A DNA stretch of 64,000 nucleotides, from the NCBI GenBank assembly GCA_963796965.1, contig CAWCNS010000004.1:384001-448000 (forward strand), given 5' to 3'. This DNA comes from Calditrichia bacterium. GTDB taxonomy: Bacteria > Calditrichota > Calditrichia > JAJRVZ01. Positions 43,367-55,169 of this stretch are shown piece by piece; position 1 is the stretch's first letter; every line of letters begins with the position of its first letter. The translations under genes were made by a program, and so were the position numbers. Below the pieces are notes generated by a model. That model saw only the letters and a list, made by a program, of their open reading frames with translations, did not search any database and was not told the origin of the DNA.

Positions 43367-44426
43367 TCTGTTCTCTGAGCCCGCATAGAAAAATATATAA
43401 AATAATCCTATCTCTGTGACCTTTGCCTGCCCGCCCTCCCATGTAATTGTAATTTTATAACTCTGTGGTGAATGAGAACGGTCAAATATCATACCAATCC
43501 AAAATCGCAACAATAGTAGGGAATTACGGCCCTGAAACCGGGGATAAGCCCCAAAAGTGTGCGGTTTTAATTTCAAATTCTTCTTAACTACCTGAAATAT
43601 ATGAATTATAAAAATACTGTTCTGGTGGAAAGTAAGATCGGTTGGATAGAGTTTTAACTGCTGCTTAGATGGGAAATATCAAGGATTCATTTGTATTCAG
43701 TGATACAACTTATCCGCATCGGTGGATTCAGCGAGTGTGAAAGGGTAGAGTCAGGGGTATCCAAAGCATAGACTGCCGGGTCGTGTATACATGGATCTAT
43801 GGGTACCGAATGTGTAGTTATCCAACCCCCGAGATTATGTATATGGAATCCCTGAATGCATACTTGCTATACCCGTGTATACATGCATGTGAAGGGTCAG
43901 AATGCATAATTAAACGATCCATTTACATAGTAGACTGTGTAAATCTTAAATACATTGTTTTTTGCTTATTTTCCTCCCTTTTATCTAAAATTTCAAATGA
44001 TTTACTATTATAAACATCTACAGGTTTAAGATTATCTAAAATGTAAGTCGTCAAAACATGTCGTTGCTTATAATGCTCTCCATTATAAATCCTCTACAAG
44101 GATTACATTTTTATCGGTTACGATTATTTTCTACATAAATAAAACCTCTCCGAGGTAAAAAATCTGGTGTCTCAAAAAAAACCTTGCTAATAAAACAAAG
44201 TTTCCGGCGATAGTAGCATTATTCCTCACGTAAAAACGTCCATGCATACAGAAATATGTACATCTTTCCGATATTAATATTTCGCAATTGAAAACCGCTA
44301 CGGTAAACATGCTATCCCAAAACATTCTATTCAATATTTATACAAACTAGTCTAAATTCATAGTCCTTTTTTTGAATTGTTAACGATAATTTAATACCTT
44401 CCAATAGCAAATTTCATGGACCAATT

Positions 44427-45956
44427 ATGAAAACCATCTTATTAACTAGCGTATTTCTTTTCTGTTTAAACGGATATGCACAACCTGATTCAGTATTTTT
44501 TCAGAAAGAAACTCCAACCTTTTCTCAACTTCCCCTGACAGAGCAGCGGAAAATCATTTTAAATGTCGCCCCGCCGCCAATCGCTGAACGGGATAATCCC
44601 TATTCTACACCGATGTATTATTTGCTTTCAAAAGGGTACCGGGATGGCATCGGATCTATGAGCGGTAAAGGGAATTTGATCCTCGATAGAAATCGTCCTG
44701 ATTGGCAGGAAGAACTGATCAGGGAATGGGCAGATTTGGGGTTGACTTCAACGCATTTCCTCACCTATCCGAGTCAATGGGAATCTGAGGATAAAATACA
44801 GGCTATTGAGGATTATTTCGCTATAAGTGCTAAATATGGAATGAAAATTGGTATTCGCCTGGGGGGCGATAAGTTCTTTGGCGGACTAGAAGCCAGTGGT
44901 TGGGATCTGCATCCCAATAATCCAAATAATAGAATTGATGAATACATCGAATGGACTAAACGTGTTGCCACTAAGGGGAAAGGACGGGTTACCTACTATG
45001 TCCTTGGTGATGAACTAAATCTGGGTGGGTGGGAGGCGCCTACAGGTGAGGCTGGTAAAACAGAAGGGCACAAGGTAGCGGATGATAAAAAGTGGACACC
45101 GGATATTTATATGCAGGTATTCCCAAAACTTGCAAGCGCAATAACGACAATTGATCCTGATGTAAAAATATCCATGTTTGGAATGGGGGGAATGGATTGG
45201 GATTATATCGAAGGATTATTTAAACTGGGCTATGCAAAATATGCCGATGGAGTTGCGGCCAATATAGGTAATAAATCCGCTGAAGAAATTCAGGACTTTG
45301 TGCAAAAGGTTAAAAATGAGGCCCCGGATTTTAGGTTTTATTCTAATGGGGTGGGCTATGTAAGAGCAAAAAATACCAATTTCTATCCAACCAATACAAA
45401 AGGTACTTATGATGATGAAGCGCAGGGTATAGAAGTGGCCAAGATCATGTTCCGCGGTTTTGATGCCGGGTGGGACAGCACGCCCTATTATATTGTCGTT
45501 CGTCAATGGCAATTGGCAGATGGAACCTTTGCCCCACATTGGTATGGATTGATGGGGTTTACGGATCTTATTTTGGACCCTTATGACAACCTGACCTTTA
45601 AGCATTATCCAGCCTGGTATTCCTTTCAGACGATCTCACATATCTTTTACAGTAAAAGCAAAACAAAACCGGCACCTTTTAAGATAAATTTGAGTCAGCC
45701 GCTAGATTTCTCACGCGTCTATGTGCGTAATGATTATGAATGTTTGCTGGTTTTATGGAATAATGGGGATAAAGAAGAAACTGTAACGATCACTTTGCCA
45801 ACCCAGAAATACCGCTACCCGGTCAAAATATCCCTGTTTAATTATCGTGAAATATCAGATGTGTCCTATAAAACCGAGGGTGAAAACAACCTGGTAATGC
45901 CGGATGTAAAGGTCGGCAAGGCACCTGTGATTATTCGGTTAGTAAAAGGTATGTAG
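44427..45956 (+). CDS. Secreted hypothetical protein, clan GH-A-like barrel + C-terminal beta-sandwich
   Basis: Signal peptide. VTYYVLGDELN, I.TIDPDVKI, a YGL..PAW tail and LVLWN. Confidence 0.55.
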   Translation: MKTILLTSVFLFCLNGYAQPDSVFFQKETPTFSQLPLTEQRKIILNVAPPPIAERDNPYSTPMYYLLSKGYRDGIGSMSGKGNLILDRNRPDWQEELIREWADLGLTSTHFLTYPSQWESEDKIQAIEDYFAISAKYGMKIGIRLGGDKFFGGLEASGWDLHPNNPNNRIDEYIEWTKRVATKGKGRVTYYVLGDELNLGGWEAPTGEAGKTEGHKVADDKKWTPDIYMQVFPKLASAITTIDPDVKISMFGMGGMDWDYIEGLFKLGYAKYADGVAANIGNKSAEEIQDFVQKVKNEAPDFRFYSNGVGYVRAKNTNFYPTNTKGTYDDEAQGIEVAKIMFRGFDAGWDSTPYYIVVRQWQLADGTFAPHWYGLMGFTDLILDPYDNLTFKHYPAWYSFQTISHIFYSKSKTKPAPFKINLSQPLDFSRVYVRNDYECLLVLWNNGDKEETVTITLPTQKYRYPVKISLFNYREISDVSYKTEGENNLVMPDVKVGKAPVIIRLVKGM

Positions 45957-46007
45957 AGATGAGGAGTGAAAATCGTATTTATTACATTACTCACATGAAG
46001 GACCTCG

Positions 46008-46039
46008 ATCTAATTCCCCCTTCAAAGGGGGAATTAGAT
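46008..46039. repeat. Solo DUF559-TIR-family hairpin (possible terminator)
   Basis: atctaattccccctt-ca-aagggggaattagat, a perfect 15-bp inverted repeat. Confidence 0.8.
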
Positions 46040-46103
46040 AGTGTTTTAAGAACAATCATTCATTATACAATACATACAGCCATTTAGCTGCAGAGGGATA
46101 ATA

Positions 46104-47078
46104 ATGAAAATATTTATACCCGTATTTCTTACGTTTATCATCTTGTTCAGTTTTGCCTGTGAGAATAATTCAAACGGTGCACCGGAAGCACCCATTGGAT
46201 ATCCCTTTCTCTGGCTATTTAAACTCACATATGTTACCGGGATTCTGGATTTGGTTGATTCAGAACCACCTGTTCCGCCTGAGATAAATGAATTCAAAGA
46301 TATTGAATACAAACAAATTGGCGATCATACGCTAAAACTGAATATATACCAACCCAAGAATATAGAAAAACCAAGACCGGTTTTAATTTTTATTCATGGT
46401 GGTGGCTGGAGGAAAGGCAATAAAGAAGATTATCTTCTATATTTGATCGAATTTGCAAAAAGGGGTTATATAACAGCCAGTATTTCGTACCGGTTAACAG
46501 GAGAGGCACTCTATCCTGCTGCTGTGGAGGATGTAAAATGTGCCGTTCGTTGGATCCGTTCCCATGCCAATGATTATCTCATCGATCCTGATAAAATTGC
46601 CGTCATTGGCGGATCAGCCGGTGGTCATTTAGCCATGATGATAGGTTATTCCTCTGATGTGCCTGAGTTAGATGGACTATGTAATACAGATTCCGTAAGC
46701 AGTCATGTACAAGCAGTGGTCAATCTCTATGGACCCACTGATCTGACAACGGAATATGCGCGTACGCATAAAACGACGATAAATTTTTTCGGTCAATCTT
46801 ATGAGGCAATTCCACACATTTATAAACAGGGCTCGCCGGGTTCACATATTACAGCAGATGATCCGCCAACCTTGATTTTTCATGGAACGATAGATGAACT
46901 CGTTCCGGTTAGCCAATCGGATTCATTAGAGATATGGTTGAAGAAAGCAGGCGTTGACTGTGAATACCACCGTTTGAAATGGTGGCCGCATACGATGGAT
47001 CTGGCGAAATCCGTAAATGACTATTGTCAGTATTATATGAATGCTTTTTTTGAAAAACATCTTTCAATAGGAAATTGA
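46104..47078 (+). CDS. Alpha/beta hydrolase (HSL-like / BD-FAE-like esterase), lipoprotein
   Basis: Lipobox SFAC. HGGGW, GGSAGGH, HGTIDELVP and a C-terminal His. Confidence 0.9.
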   Translation: MKIFIPVFLTFIILFSFACENNSNGAPEAPIGYPFLWLFKLTYVTGILDLVDSEPPVPPEINEFKDIEYKQIGDHTLKLNIYQPKNIEKPRPVLIFIHGGGWRKGNKEDYLLYLIEFAKRGYITASISYRLTGEALYPAAVEDVKCAVRWIRSHANDYLIDPDKIAVIGGSAGGHLAMMIGYSSDVPELDGLCNTDSVSSHVQAVVNLYGPTDLTTEYARTHKTTINFFGQSYEAIPHIYKQGSPGSHITADDPPTLIFHGTIDELVPVSQSDSLEIWLKKAGVDCEYHRLKWWPHTMDLAKSVNDYCQYYMNAFFEKHLSIGN

Positions 47079-47158
47079 ATATTCAATAAATGATTTTCTT
47101 ATTTGAGGGGTATATTATTGTCAATATCACAAAAACAGAACGATTTAGTTCCCCCTTC

Positions 47159-47305
47159 AGGGGTGGTTGCAGTATCGGCTAATTTGCACAAATCTTGGTG
47201 TGGCAAGGACCTGTTTCCCCCTTGGAAAAGGGGGACTAAGGGGGATGTATTTTCTCTATAAGTTACGTAAAAACATCCCCCTAACCCCCTTTCTTAAGGG
47301 GGGAT
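47159..47305. mobile_element. Empty (non-autonomous) DUF559-TIR element
   Basis: ttcccccttggaaaagggggactaagggggatgt, a 24-nt spacer, then acatccccctaaccccctttcttaaggggggat (47215-47305). Confidence 0.8.
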
Positions 47306-47419
47306 GAATTTTGCTTATTCGAACAGCTAAACACTTTTCTCTATCATGCATCTAATCTGTAACAGCCCATTCAAAGAGGGAGTAAGATTTTGCTTATTCT
47401 ATATTTAAAAGGAGTTTAT

Positions 47420-48926
47420 ATGAAACCTAATAGAAGATATGGTTTGCGGATAATTGTGCCATTGTCATTCGTCATATTAATTATCTTTTTAGCATGTTCA
47501 GATTCAATTCCACCCCCTCAACCCTATGGGGCTTTACCCACTGCCCGTCTGTTGGCCTGGCATGAAATGGAATTCTATGGATTTCTGCATTTTACAACTA
47601 ATACTTTTACTGATAAAGAATGGGGTTATGGTGATGAATCGCCGGATATCTTTAATCCAACAGAATTTGATGCGGAGCAGATCGTCAGTACAGCAAAAAT
47701 GGCGGGGATGACCGGATTGATCCTTACCTGTAAACATCACGATGGGTTTTGTCTCTGGCCGAGTAAATATACAAAACATTCGGTAAAATCCAGTTCCTGG
47801 CGTGAGGGAAAGGGTGATGTGGTCCGGGAGATAGCAGAAGCCTGTAAACGCCATGGTCTGAAGTTTGGTGCATACCTCTCTCCCTGGGACCGTAATCATC
47901 CTGATTATGGTAAAGAAAGCGTATGTAACATATTACCGTAATCAGTTACGAGAACTGTTAACAGACTATGGCCCTATTTTTGAAGTATGGTGGGATGGTG
48001 CAAATGGCGGGGATGGCTTATTACGGAGGAGCCCGGGAAAGCCGAACTATAGAGCGGTCGACCTATTACGGTTGGGAAGAAACAACTCAGATCGTCAGAG
48101 AGCTTCAACCCGAAGCGGTTATATTTTCAGATGCGGGTCCGGATCTGCGCTGGGTTGGAAATGAGCATGGTATTGCCGGCGATCCCTGCTGGCAAACTTA
48201 TACACCCGCCCCACGTGAAGGAGAAAAAAAAGCAGGCCCGGGTACGACCAAATATCAGGAAGCGACCAAGGTCACCGGGATGGCAAATTATGGATGCCGG
48301 CGGAAGCTGATGTTTCCATCCGTCCCGGCTGGTTCTGGCATGAAGAATCAGAATGAACGTGTACGGAAGTGCAGAAAATCTGGTCGATCTTGTATTATAA
48401 GTCGATAGGAAGAGGGGCCAGTTTTCTACTTAAATCTCCCCCCGGACCGTCGCGGCTTGATCCATGAGAATGATGTCCGCTCTCTAAAAGAATTCCGTCA
48501 AATTCTGGATGCGACATTTGACAAAAGATTTGGCTGCGGATGCCCAAATAACCGCCAATAATATCAGGGGTGGAAGCAATACTTTTTCAACATCAAATTT
48601 GATGGATCAGAACAGACAAACCTATTGGTCAACTGATGATAATTTTACCAAAGCGGATATTTTGGTAACCTTCCAAAAACCAACGACATTTAATGTTGTT
48701 CTCCTGAGAGAATATTTACCTTTGGGTCAACGCATTTTTACCTGGGCACTGGATCGATGGGAAAATAATGAGTTGGATAGAATTTGCTTCCGGAGAGTCG
48801 ATTGGATCCTGCCGGTTATGGCGTGGAGATGCTATATCCAGTCAGAAGATCCGATTAAGAATATCCGGACCGGTTTGCCCGGCATTAAGTGAGTTCGGAG
48901 TATATCGCGAACCAGGTAGAAATTAA
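47420..48926 (+). CDS. GH29 alpha-L-fucosidase (lipoprotein); multiple frameshifts
   Basis: AGGAG RBS and FLAC. FLHFTTNTF..EWG, TCKHHDGFCLWPS, YLSPWDR, EVWWDGA, RWVGNE.G and SIRPGWF, then an F5/8-like tail ending SEFGVYREPGRN*. Confidence 0.9.
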
Positions 48927-49036
48927 CTTCTTAGTAAAAATTTTGTATATTTAAAATCATGTCTATAAGGTTGATTGTATTATACTAAACCAAGTAACTA
49001 AACGGGTTTATTTAAAATTTTGGTTTGTGATAAGGA

Positions 49037-49122
49037 CCTCACCCCTTTCCCCTCTCCTAAAAAGTGAGGGGAAATAAATAGAGTAATTCATTTAATAATT
49101 ACTCCCCTCTTTTTTCCAGAGA
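49037..49122. repeat. Degenerate C/G-tract hairpin repeat (related to 34277/58619)
   Basis: cctcacccctttcccctctcctaaaaagtgagggga ... tcccctcttttttccagaga. Confidence 0.5.
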
Positions 49123-49307
49123 AATCAAATATGAACCTGTTGGTCTAAAATTTGGGGATCAGTTAAGTTATAATAATGATAACTTAATTACATCGGATAT
49201 TCATGATTTAAAATCATGGCCGGATAAAAATCAATGTTTTAACAAAAAATTTAATTTTAAAACCACTTTTACTAAAGAAACATTCAGATAGAACTACAGG
49301 AATAATC

Positions 49308-52300
49308 ATGTCTAAAAAGCATCATCTTTTACTCTCCGTCTTCATTGTTTATTCTCTCCTTTCTGGTTCTTCTTTTGCTCAAACGTCCTCGTTAGAATAT
49401 ATCCCCGATGAAAACGGCGCTATTAAGAATTGGCTTCTCCTCGGTCCCTTTTCGAACTCGGCAGAGGGCACGGTCGGTATCAGCGATCATGGGGACGGTT
49501 GTTATGGGTATAATAATGATTTATTAATGGATTATGGCGGCGAAAGTTCTGTATCACCCTATTTGGGACAAATAATCCATAATCACTATTCATGGGAATT
49601 ATTATTTAATTCCTCGGAGTGGATTGACTTTAACAGTCTACTATGAAAAAAATGATGATGCGGTTGCATATGCCTATCTGATCCTGCATACAAAAAAAGA
49701 AATGCAGGTGAACCTGGGCATCAGCCACAACGATGGATTAAAAATTTTACTAAATGGAAAACAGGTTTATGAAAATCATATTGCCCAGGTTGTTCTAAAT
49801 TCTGTGACTTTAATTATCAATTTAAAAAAAGGAGATAACCGGCTCCTTCTTAAGGTTGATGAAAAAACCGGTGGTTGGGGATTCGGTTTATCCATTAAAA
49901 CCATTAACAATCATGAAGTGAAGGGATTGAAAGTAAAGATTCCCCTTTTAAACAAACAAACTGAATTACAGGCAAAGCTTTTTGAAAACAGTTTTTTGAA
50001 TGATTCCGAACCGGCTATCGGTGAACCTCTATTTTTGAAATTTGCCGCAAAAGGAATTTCCTTACCTAAAAATATTAACTTGCCTCTTATATTTGTGAAT
50101 AGTGAGGGAGATGTTTTACAAAAGCAGGTTTTGGCATTGGGAGATACCTTGCGTCAGAACTATCCACTTTCGTTTATTCCGCAGGGATCAAAATGTAAGA
50201 TAATACTTGAGCAAAATTCTAAAATAAAACCGATCGTTTTAACGACTACTGATAAAAAAGTATATAACAACGATCCCGATCAGACTGTCGGGAAACGCCC
50301 ATATGAAATGGGGGACCGGCCCGGATACCGTAACCCCCTGATCGATTTTGAAGATTTAGATGGTTGGTGGATTAATTCCTATAGAGGAGGGTCGGCACGT
50401 CTTTATCGGTCACGCGTTCAACAAATGGATGGCGCTTATGTGGCAAGAGTTGAATATTTGGGTGAGGATGGAAGCAGTGCTTTCGAGTTCGGTCCGCCTG
50501 AGCCTGTGTTAATTCCGGATGATACGGACAATCTGGGGATCTGGATTTACGGGAATAACTGGGGATGGTCCCCTGATCCAACAACACCGGGCGTTGGCGT
50601 CCATATTATAATGTTAGACGGCAAAGGTGCGGAACATGCTATCTATCTGGGTGATGTAAATTGGAAAGAATGGTTTTTAAAATGCCGTCATATTTTAGAT
50701 TCTGAAGCGAATCTATATTTTAAGAGTATCCGCATAACCGGCTGTGCAAATAAAAAAATTCGACAGCTCTATTTTGATTCTGTTTATTTCGAGCGAGAAC
50801 CTTGGTTACCCCTTAATTTTGAACCTCTTCCCAACATGGTTCCATTTTTAACGACGAATGAAACAATGTTACCAGTACCTGAGGATACTGTCATCGTCTC
50901 AGACCAACTGAATGATCGTCAATTTATTGCCCGTTTTGTTCAGAACGGAAAAAATATCATTTATACGTATTCTCCGCAAAGTGGAACACTTAGCGACTTT
51001 CATATAGAATCAGAATCCGGTCAAAAAATCGACCCGTTTATTAACGGCGATATTGCGTTTATTGGATCGGAATCTAACGATACTGCGGGAATTGATGAAC
51101 GTTTGCTCGAAAACTTTGAAAACTCCGATAGTGGTGTTGTTTATCACTGGAAATATATTAATGGCAAACAAAAAATTCCTTATTCCATTTCAATTGCCAG
51201 TCGTTATAATTCCCTGGTTATCGATATTGCTGTCCCATCGGAACAAACAAAGGGTTTAAATCTCGGGCATTTAAAAAGCAATTCGCCCGTAAAATTAGTA
51301 CGTGTGCCGATGCTAACCTATGGTGTTCCTGATCCGCAGGTTGTATGCGGCGATGATCTTTTTATCTTTGCCCTTATTGATCATTACCATACCCACGCTT
51401 CAATGCTTTTTGCACAAAATAAGCAGTTATCTGAAACAGAAGTTTTTTTTAATGGCGGAAGCCTTTATATGCCAAAAACGGATGGTCGAAGGAATCCTTT
51501 GAAGGAGCGCATCATTCTTTCTGTTAGTTCTAATTTTCATGATGTTTTGCCAACCATCCCTCATCCTCCTTCTCCAATGGGGGAAATTACCAGAAGCCGT
51601 TTGTGGAAAGAGAATTGGGGAATGTCGCCGGATAACAAAACATACGAAAGATTTTATCAGGGCTTAAAAGTATTACGGAATTATGGTGTTTCTCAATTCA
51701 TCGTTCGTCATCATGAAGAAACCTGGCGTGATGGTGGCGAATCATTTACACTCCGACTTCAAGCCGCTCCCAAAAAAGGAGGGGATAGCGCCCTGAAAGA
51801 GTATGTCAAACGGGTTATAGATCTTGGATTTATTTGTGGATTATATAACAATTATGTTGATTTTGCTCCGGTTAACGCTAACTGGTCTCCGGATCGCGTG
51901 GCCCGCGGTTCCAATAAAGATTATGTTGGTGCCTGGCCGAGGTGTTATACCCTCAAACCTTATTTGGCACAGAAATTTGAAGCAGAGTATTCACCAAAGA
52001 TCCATGAAAAATATGGATCGAATACCGTTTATTGCGACGTACATACAGCTTTCGCACCATGGGCCAGGGTGGATTTCGATGAGCGGGTTCCGGAAGCGGG
52101 TATGTTAAGGGGACAACATAAAGCCTATTCCATTTTGTTAAATAATGAAAAGAAGGCTTATGAGGGGCCGGTATTTAGTGAAGGTCAGTACCAGTGGTTT
52201 TACGCCGGATTGACGGATGGTAATTATGGCTCATTAAGAGATTCCGAGCCGGATAAGGTTACCCCGCTAGTGGATTTTGACCTTCTGCATATTCATCCTC

Positions 52301-53127
52301 TCGAAGTTAGTATTGGGATGGGTAATCCGGGAATGTTTTACCAGATGGGGATTGAAGCGGAGGAACATAACAGCCGAAGTCGAAAATTTGACCGATTTAT
52401 TAGCACGACCATCGCTTATGGTCATAATGGCTATCTTATTGATATGCCTCGTATAAATAATTTGAATGACATGAAGGTTAGCAGTGGCTGGGGGATCCCG
52501 GCAATCATGAAATCATATTATATGATGCAGCAATTACAATCACGTTATGCGTTGGTGAAATCGGAAAGAATTTCCTACTATGATGGTACAAAATGGCTCA
52601 ATACCAGTGATGCCATTCGTAATGACGGCTATAAACGTGGACAAATCAAAACATTGTATAAGAGTGGTCTGACAACAATTGTAAATCTTAATGAAGAGGA
52701 AAACCTGCCCATTGAGATAGGAGGCCGTAAACTGCTGTTACCACCCAATAGTTACGCTGCCCAAGGAGAAAACTTTTTCGAAATGTCAGCCATAAAAGAC
52801 GGACAGAGAATAGACCTGGTTTATTCTCCTGAATATCTATATGCGGATGGACGCGGGCAACTTCTGAAAACAGATAAAATATCTGTTACGAATAGCGCGG
52901 TGGTAGTAAAAGATAAGGGGTTCGTATGGATTATCCCCATTGATGAAAAAGAGCGGATCACTTTCCTTTTAAGGGAAATGGGGATGAATAAAACTGTAAA
53001 GGTTGTTGGATGTGATCAGGACGGAAAAATTCTTGCCGATAAAGTCGATTATCATGTAGCTGACGGCTGGTTATCGGTAAATTTATCGGATAGGTTTTTC
53101 AAATATAAAATTGTGAAGGATTACTAA
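49308..53127 (+). CDS. Large secreted hypothetical glycosidase: jelly-roll + CBM-like + GH101/GH129-like barrel; frameshift at ~49640
   Basis: Signal peptide. WLLLGPF and SHNDG..ILLNG..LKKGDN. Barrel motifs GLYNNYVD, VYCDVHT and VFSEG. Confidence 0.55.
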
Positions 53128-53360
53128 CCTGCTTAATTTATACCGTAGCATCCGGATATATGGGGAAAATCAAATACCATTTTCTACTGTGTCATTTTGT
53201 TATGAATCTTTCTTCTTGCTGGATTTAATCTGCATGACGGAAGATTCCTATCCCGAAGCGCGATCCCGTTCCGGGACGGAATGGCACTAAAATTTTATTA
53301 AAACAACAAAGTTTTTGGCGCAATAGCATAGTTCTAAAATTCATGAATTAACCCGGTTAA
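53124..53360. repeat. ~18-bp TIR bracket enclosing a CGTC-type palindrome (53241-53285)
   Basis: ctaacctgcttaatttat ... atgaattaacccggttaa, related to the ends at 1406/1588. The inner unit is a near reverse complement of 11896-11940. Confidence 0.65.
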
Positions 53361-53424
53361 TTAGATCAGGCATTCATGATTCAGCATAATAATTCAGTAT
53401 CCAATAAAGAAACGGAGATCAAAA

Positions 53425-54796
53425 ATGAGTCCATTAAATCGACGGGATTTTATAAAGGCGGCGACTGTTGCCGGGGCAGGTATAGCGCTTGCACCAAATT
53501 TAATGTACGGCAAATTCTCCAATACGGTTCCAAAGATCAAAACCAAATGGAAAGCTAAACATTGCTTTTATAGGCGTTGGGGGTCGTGGAAGAAGTCATC
53601 TCAGAAATGTCTCTCCCTATAAAGATGTTGAAATTACGGCCATTTGTGATGTGGATCCTGTGGCCATTTCAAAAGCCCAGAAAACCTTACAGGATCATTC
53701 CAGAAATGAAGCGGAAGTATATACGGGAGATGATTATGCCTTTATGAAAATGCTGGAACGTGATGATATAGATGGGGTAATTATTGCTACGCCGTGGCTT
53801 TGGCATACACCCATGGCCGTTGCCGCCATGCGGGCGGGGAAATATGCAGGGGTTGAGGTAAGTGCGGCTAATACGATTGAGGAATGTTGGGATCTGGTAA
53901 ATACATCAGAAGAAACCGGTGTGCCCTGCATGATTTTAGAAAATGTTTGCTTTGCCCGTGAGGCAATGGCGGCATTAAAGATGGTTCGTGATGGATTGTT
54001 CGGTGAAGTCGTGCATGCGACCTGTGGCTATCGACATGATTTACGCGAAGTAAAATTCGGGCCGGGTGTTGAGTTTGGAAAAAATGCAAAAGGTGAAGCA
54101 CGCTGGAGAGCGGAACATTCCTTAAAACGAAACGGAGATCTTTATCCAACACATGGTGTCGGGCCGGTTGCAACCTGGTTGGATATTAACCGGGGAAATA
54201 AATTTGCCACAATCACTTCCATGGCAACAAAGTCCACAAGTTTGCATCACTATATTGTAAATCATCCCGAAGGTGGTGAAGATCATCCCAATGCCAAATT
54301 AAAGTGGAAACTTGGAGACATTGTTACATCCACAATAAAAACAGCAAATGGCGAAACAATCGTCGTTACCCATGATACTAATTTACCGCGGCCCTATTCC
54401 TGGGGATTTACCATCCATGGAAATGAAGGCGTGTGGGGTGGAGATTACGAAGGAAGAAGAATTTATATTGATGGGAAATCGCCACAACATGAATGGGAAA
54501 CGGGTGCCGAGTACGATAAATATTTTAAGAAATATGACCATAAGATCTGGAAAGAAGAAGAAGCAAAGGCTGAAGGGGCAGGACATGGGGGGATAGATTA
54601 TTTTACGATCAAGATGTTTTTAGAAAGTGTCAGAAATGAGAAACAGCCACCTTTGGATGTTTATGATGCGGCGGCCTGGAGTGCTATAACGCCTTTATCT
54701 GAAGCCTCCGTTGCCAGCAATGGGGCACCGCAGATTTTTCCGGATTTTACACGGGGAAAATGGCTGACCAATAAACCGATTTTTGTGTTTGAGTAG
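53425..54796 (+). CDS. GH109 / Gfo-Idh-MocA NAD-dependent glycosidase (alpha-N-acetylgalactosaminidase-like), Tat signal; frameshift at ~53560
   Basis: NRRDFIK signal. FIGVGGRG (shifted frame), IATPWLWH, EVSAA, LENVC, DLYPTHG, HGGID and PDFTRG.W. Confidence 0.9.
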
Positions 54797-54849
54797 AATT
54801 GAATTTAGAATAATCTTTGCATGTGCAACCTGGTGAGCTGAATCTCTTT

Positions 54850-55111
54850 GACAGGATCTCAGGATTTACAGGATTTTAATAGTATTTTGCTATTAGATTC
54901 CGAAATTCCGATATCTAATCGGGAGAATGACGTTTGGTCATCCTGAATTAATTTCAGGATCTCAATATTTAAAAAAACTTATAAAAAATTTTCGTGGCTC
55001 TCCGTGTCTGCTTAGTGCAACTTCGTGATACTAAAAAAATATCACGAAGACCACAAAGAATTCACAAAACACGCGAAGTTAAAATCAGAAAATTAATCCT
55101 GTTATCCTGTC
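54850..55111. mobile_element. Composite MITE-like element (inverted relative of 6004-6164, with an extra CACGAAG module as in 7918-8204)
   Basis: gacaggatctcaggatttacaggat ... aatcctgttatcctgtc. Inner modules at 54895-54962 and 54991-55078. Confidence 0.85.
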
Positions 55112-55169
55112 TAAAATAAAAATTACTTATGAGCAGATGATGATATCTATCAGTAACGGAGAAGAAATT

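Noticed and set aside
43783..44334. ORFs 43783-44013 (+) and 44131-44334 (-)
   Set aside because: Both are short with atypical composition and no RBS or recognisable domain.
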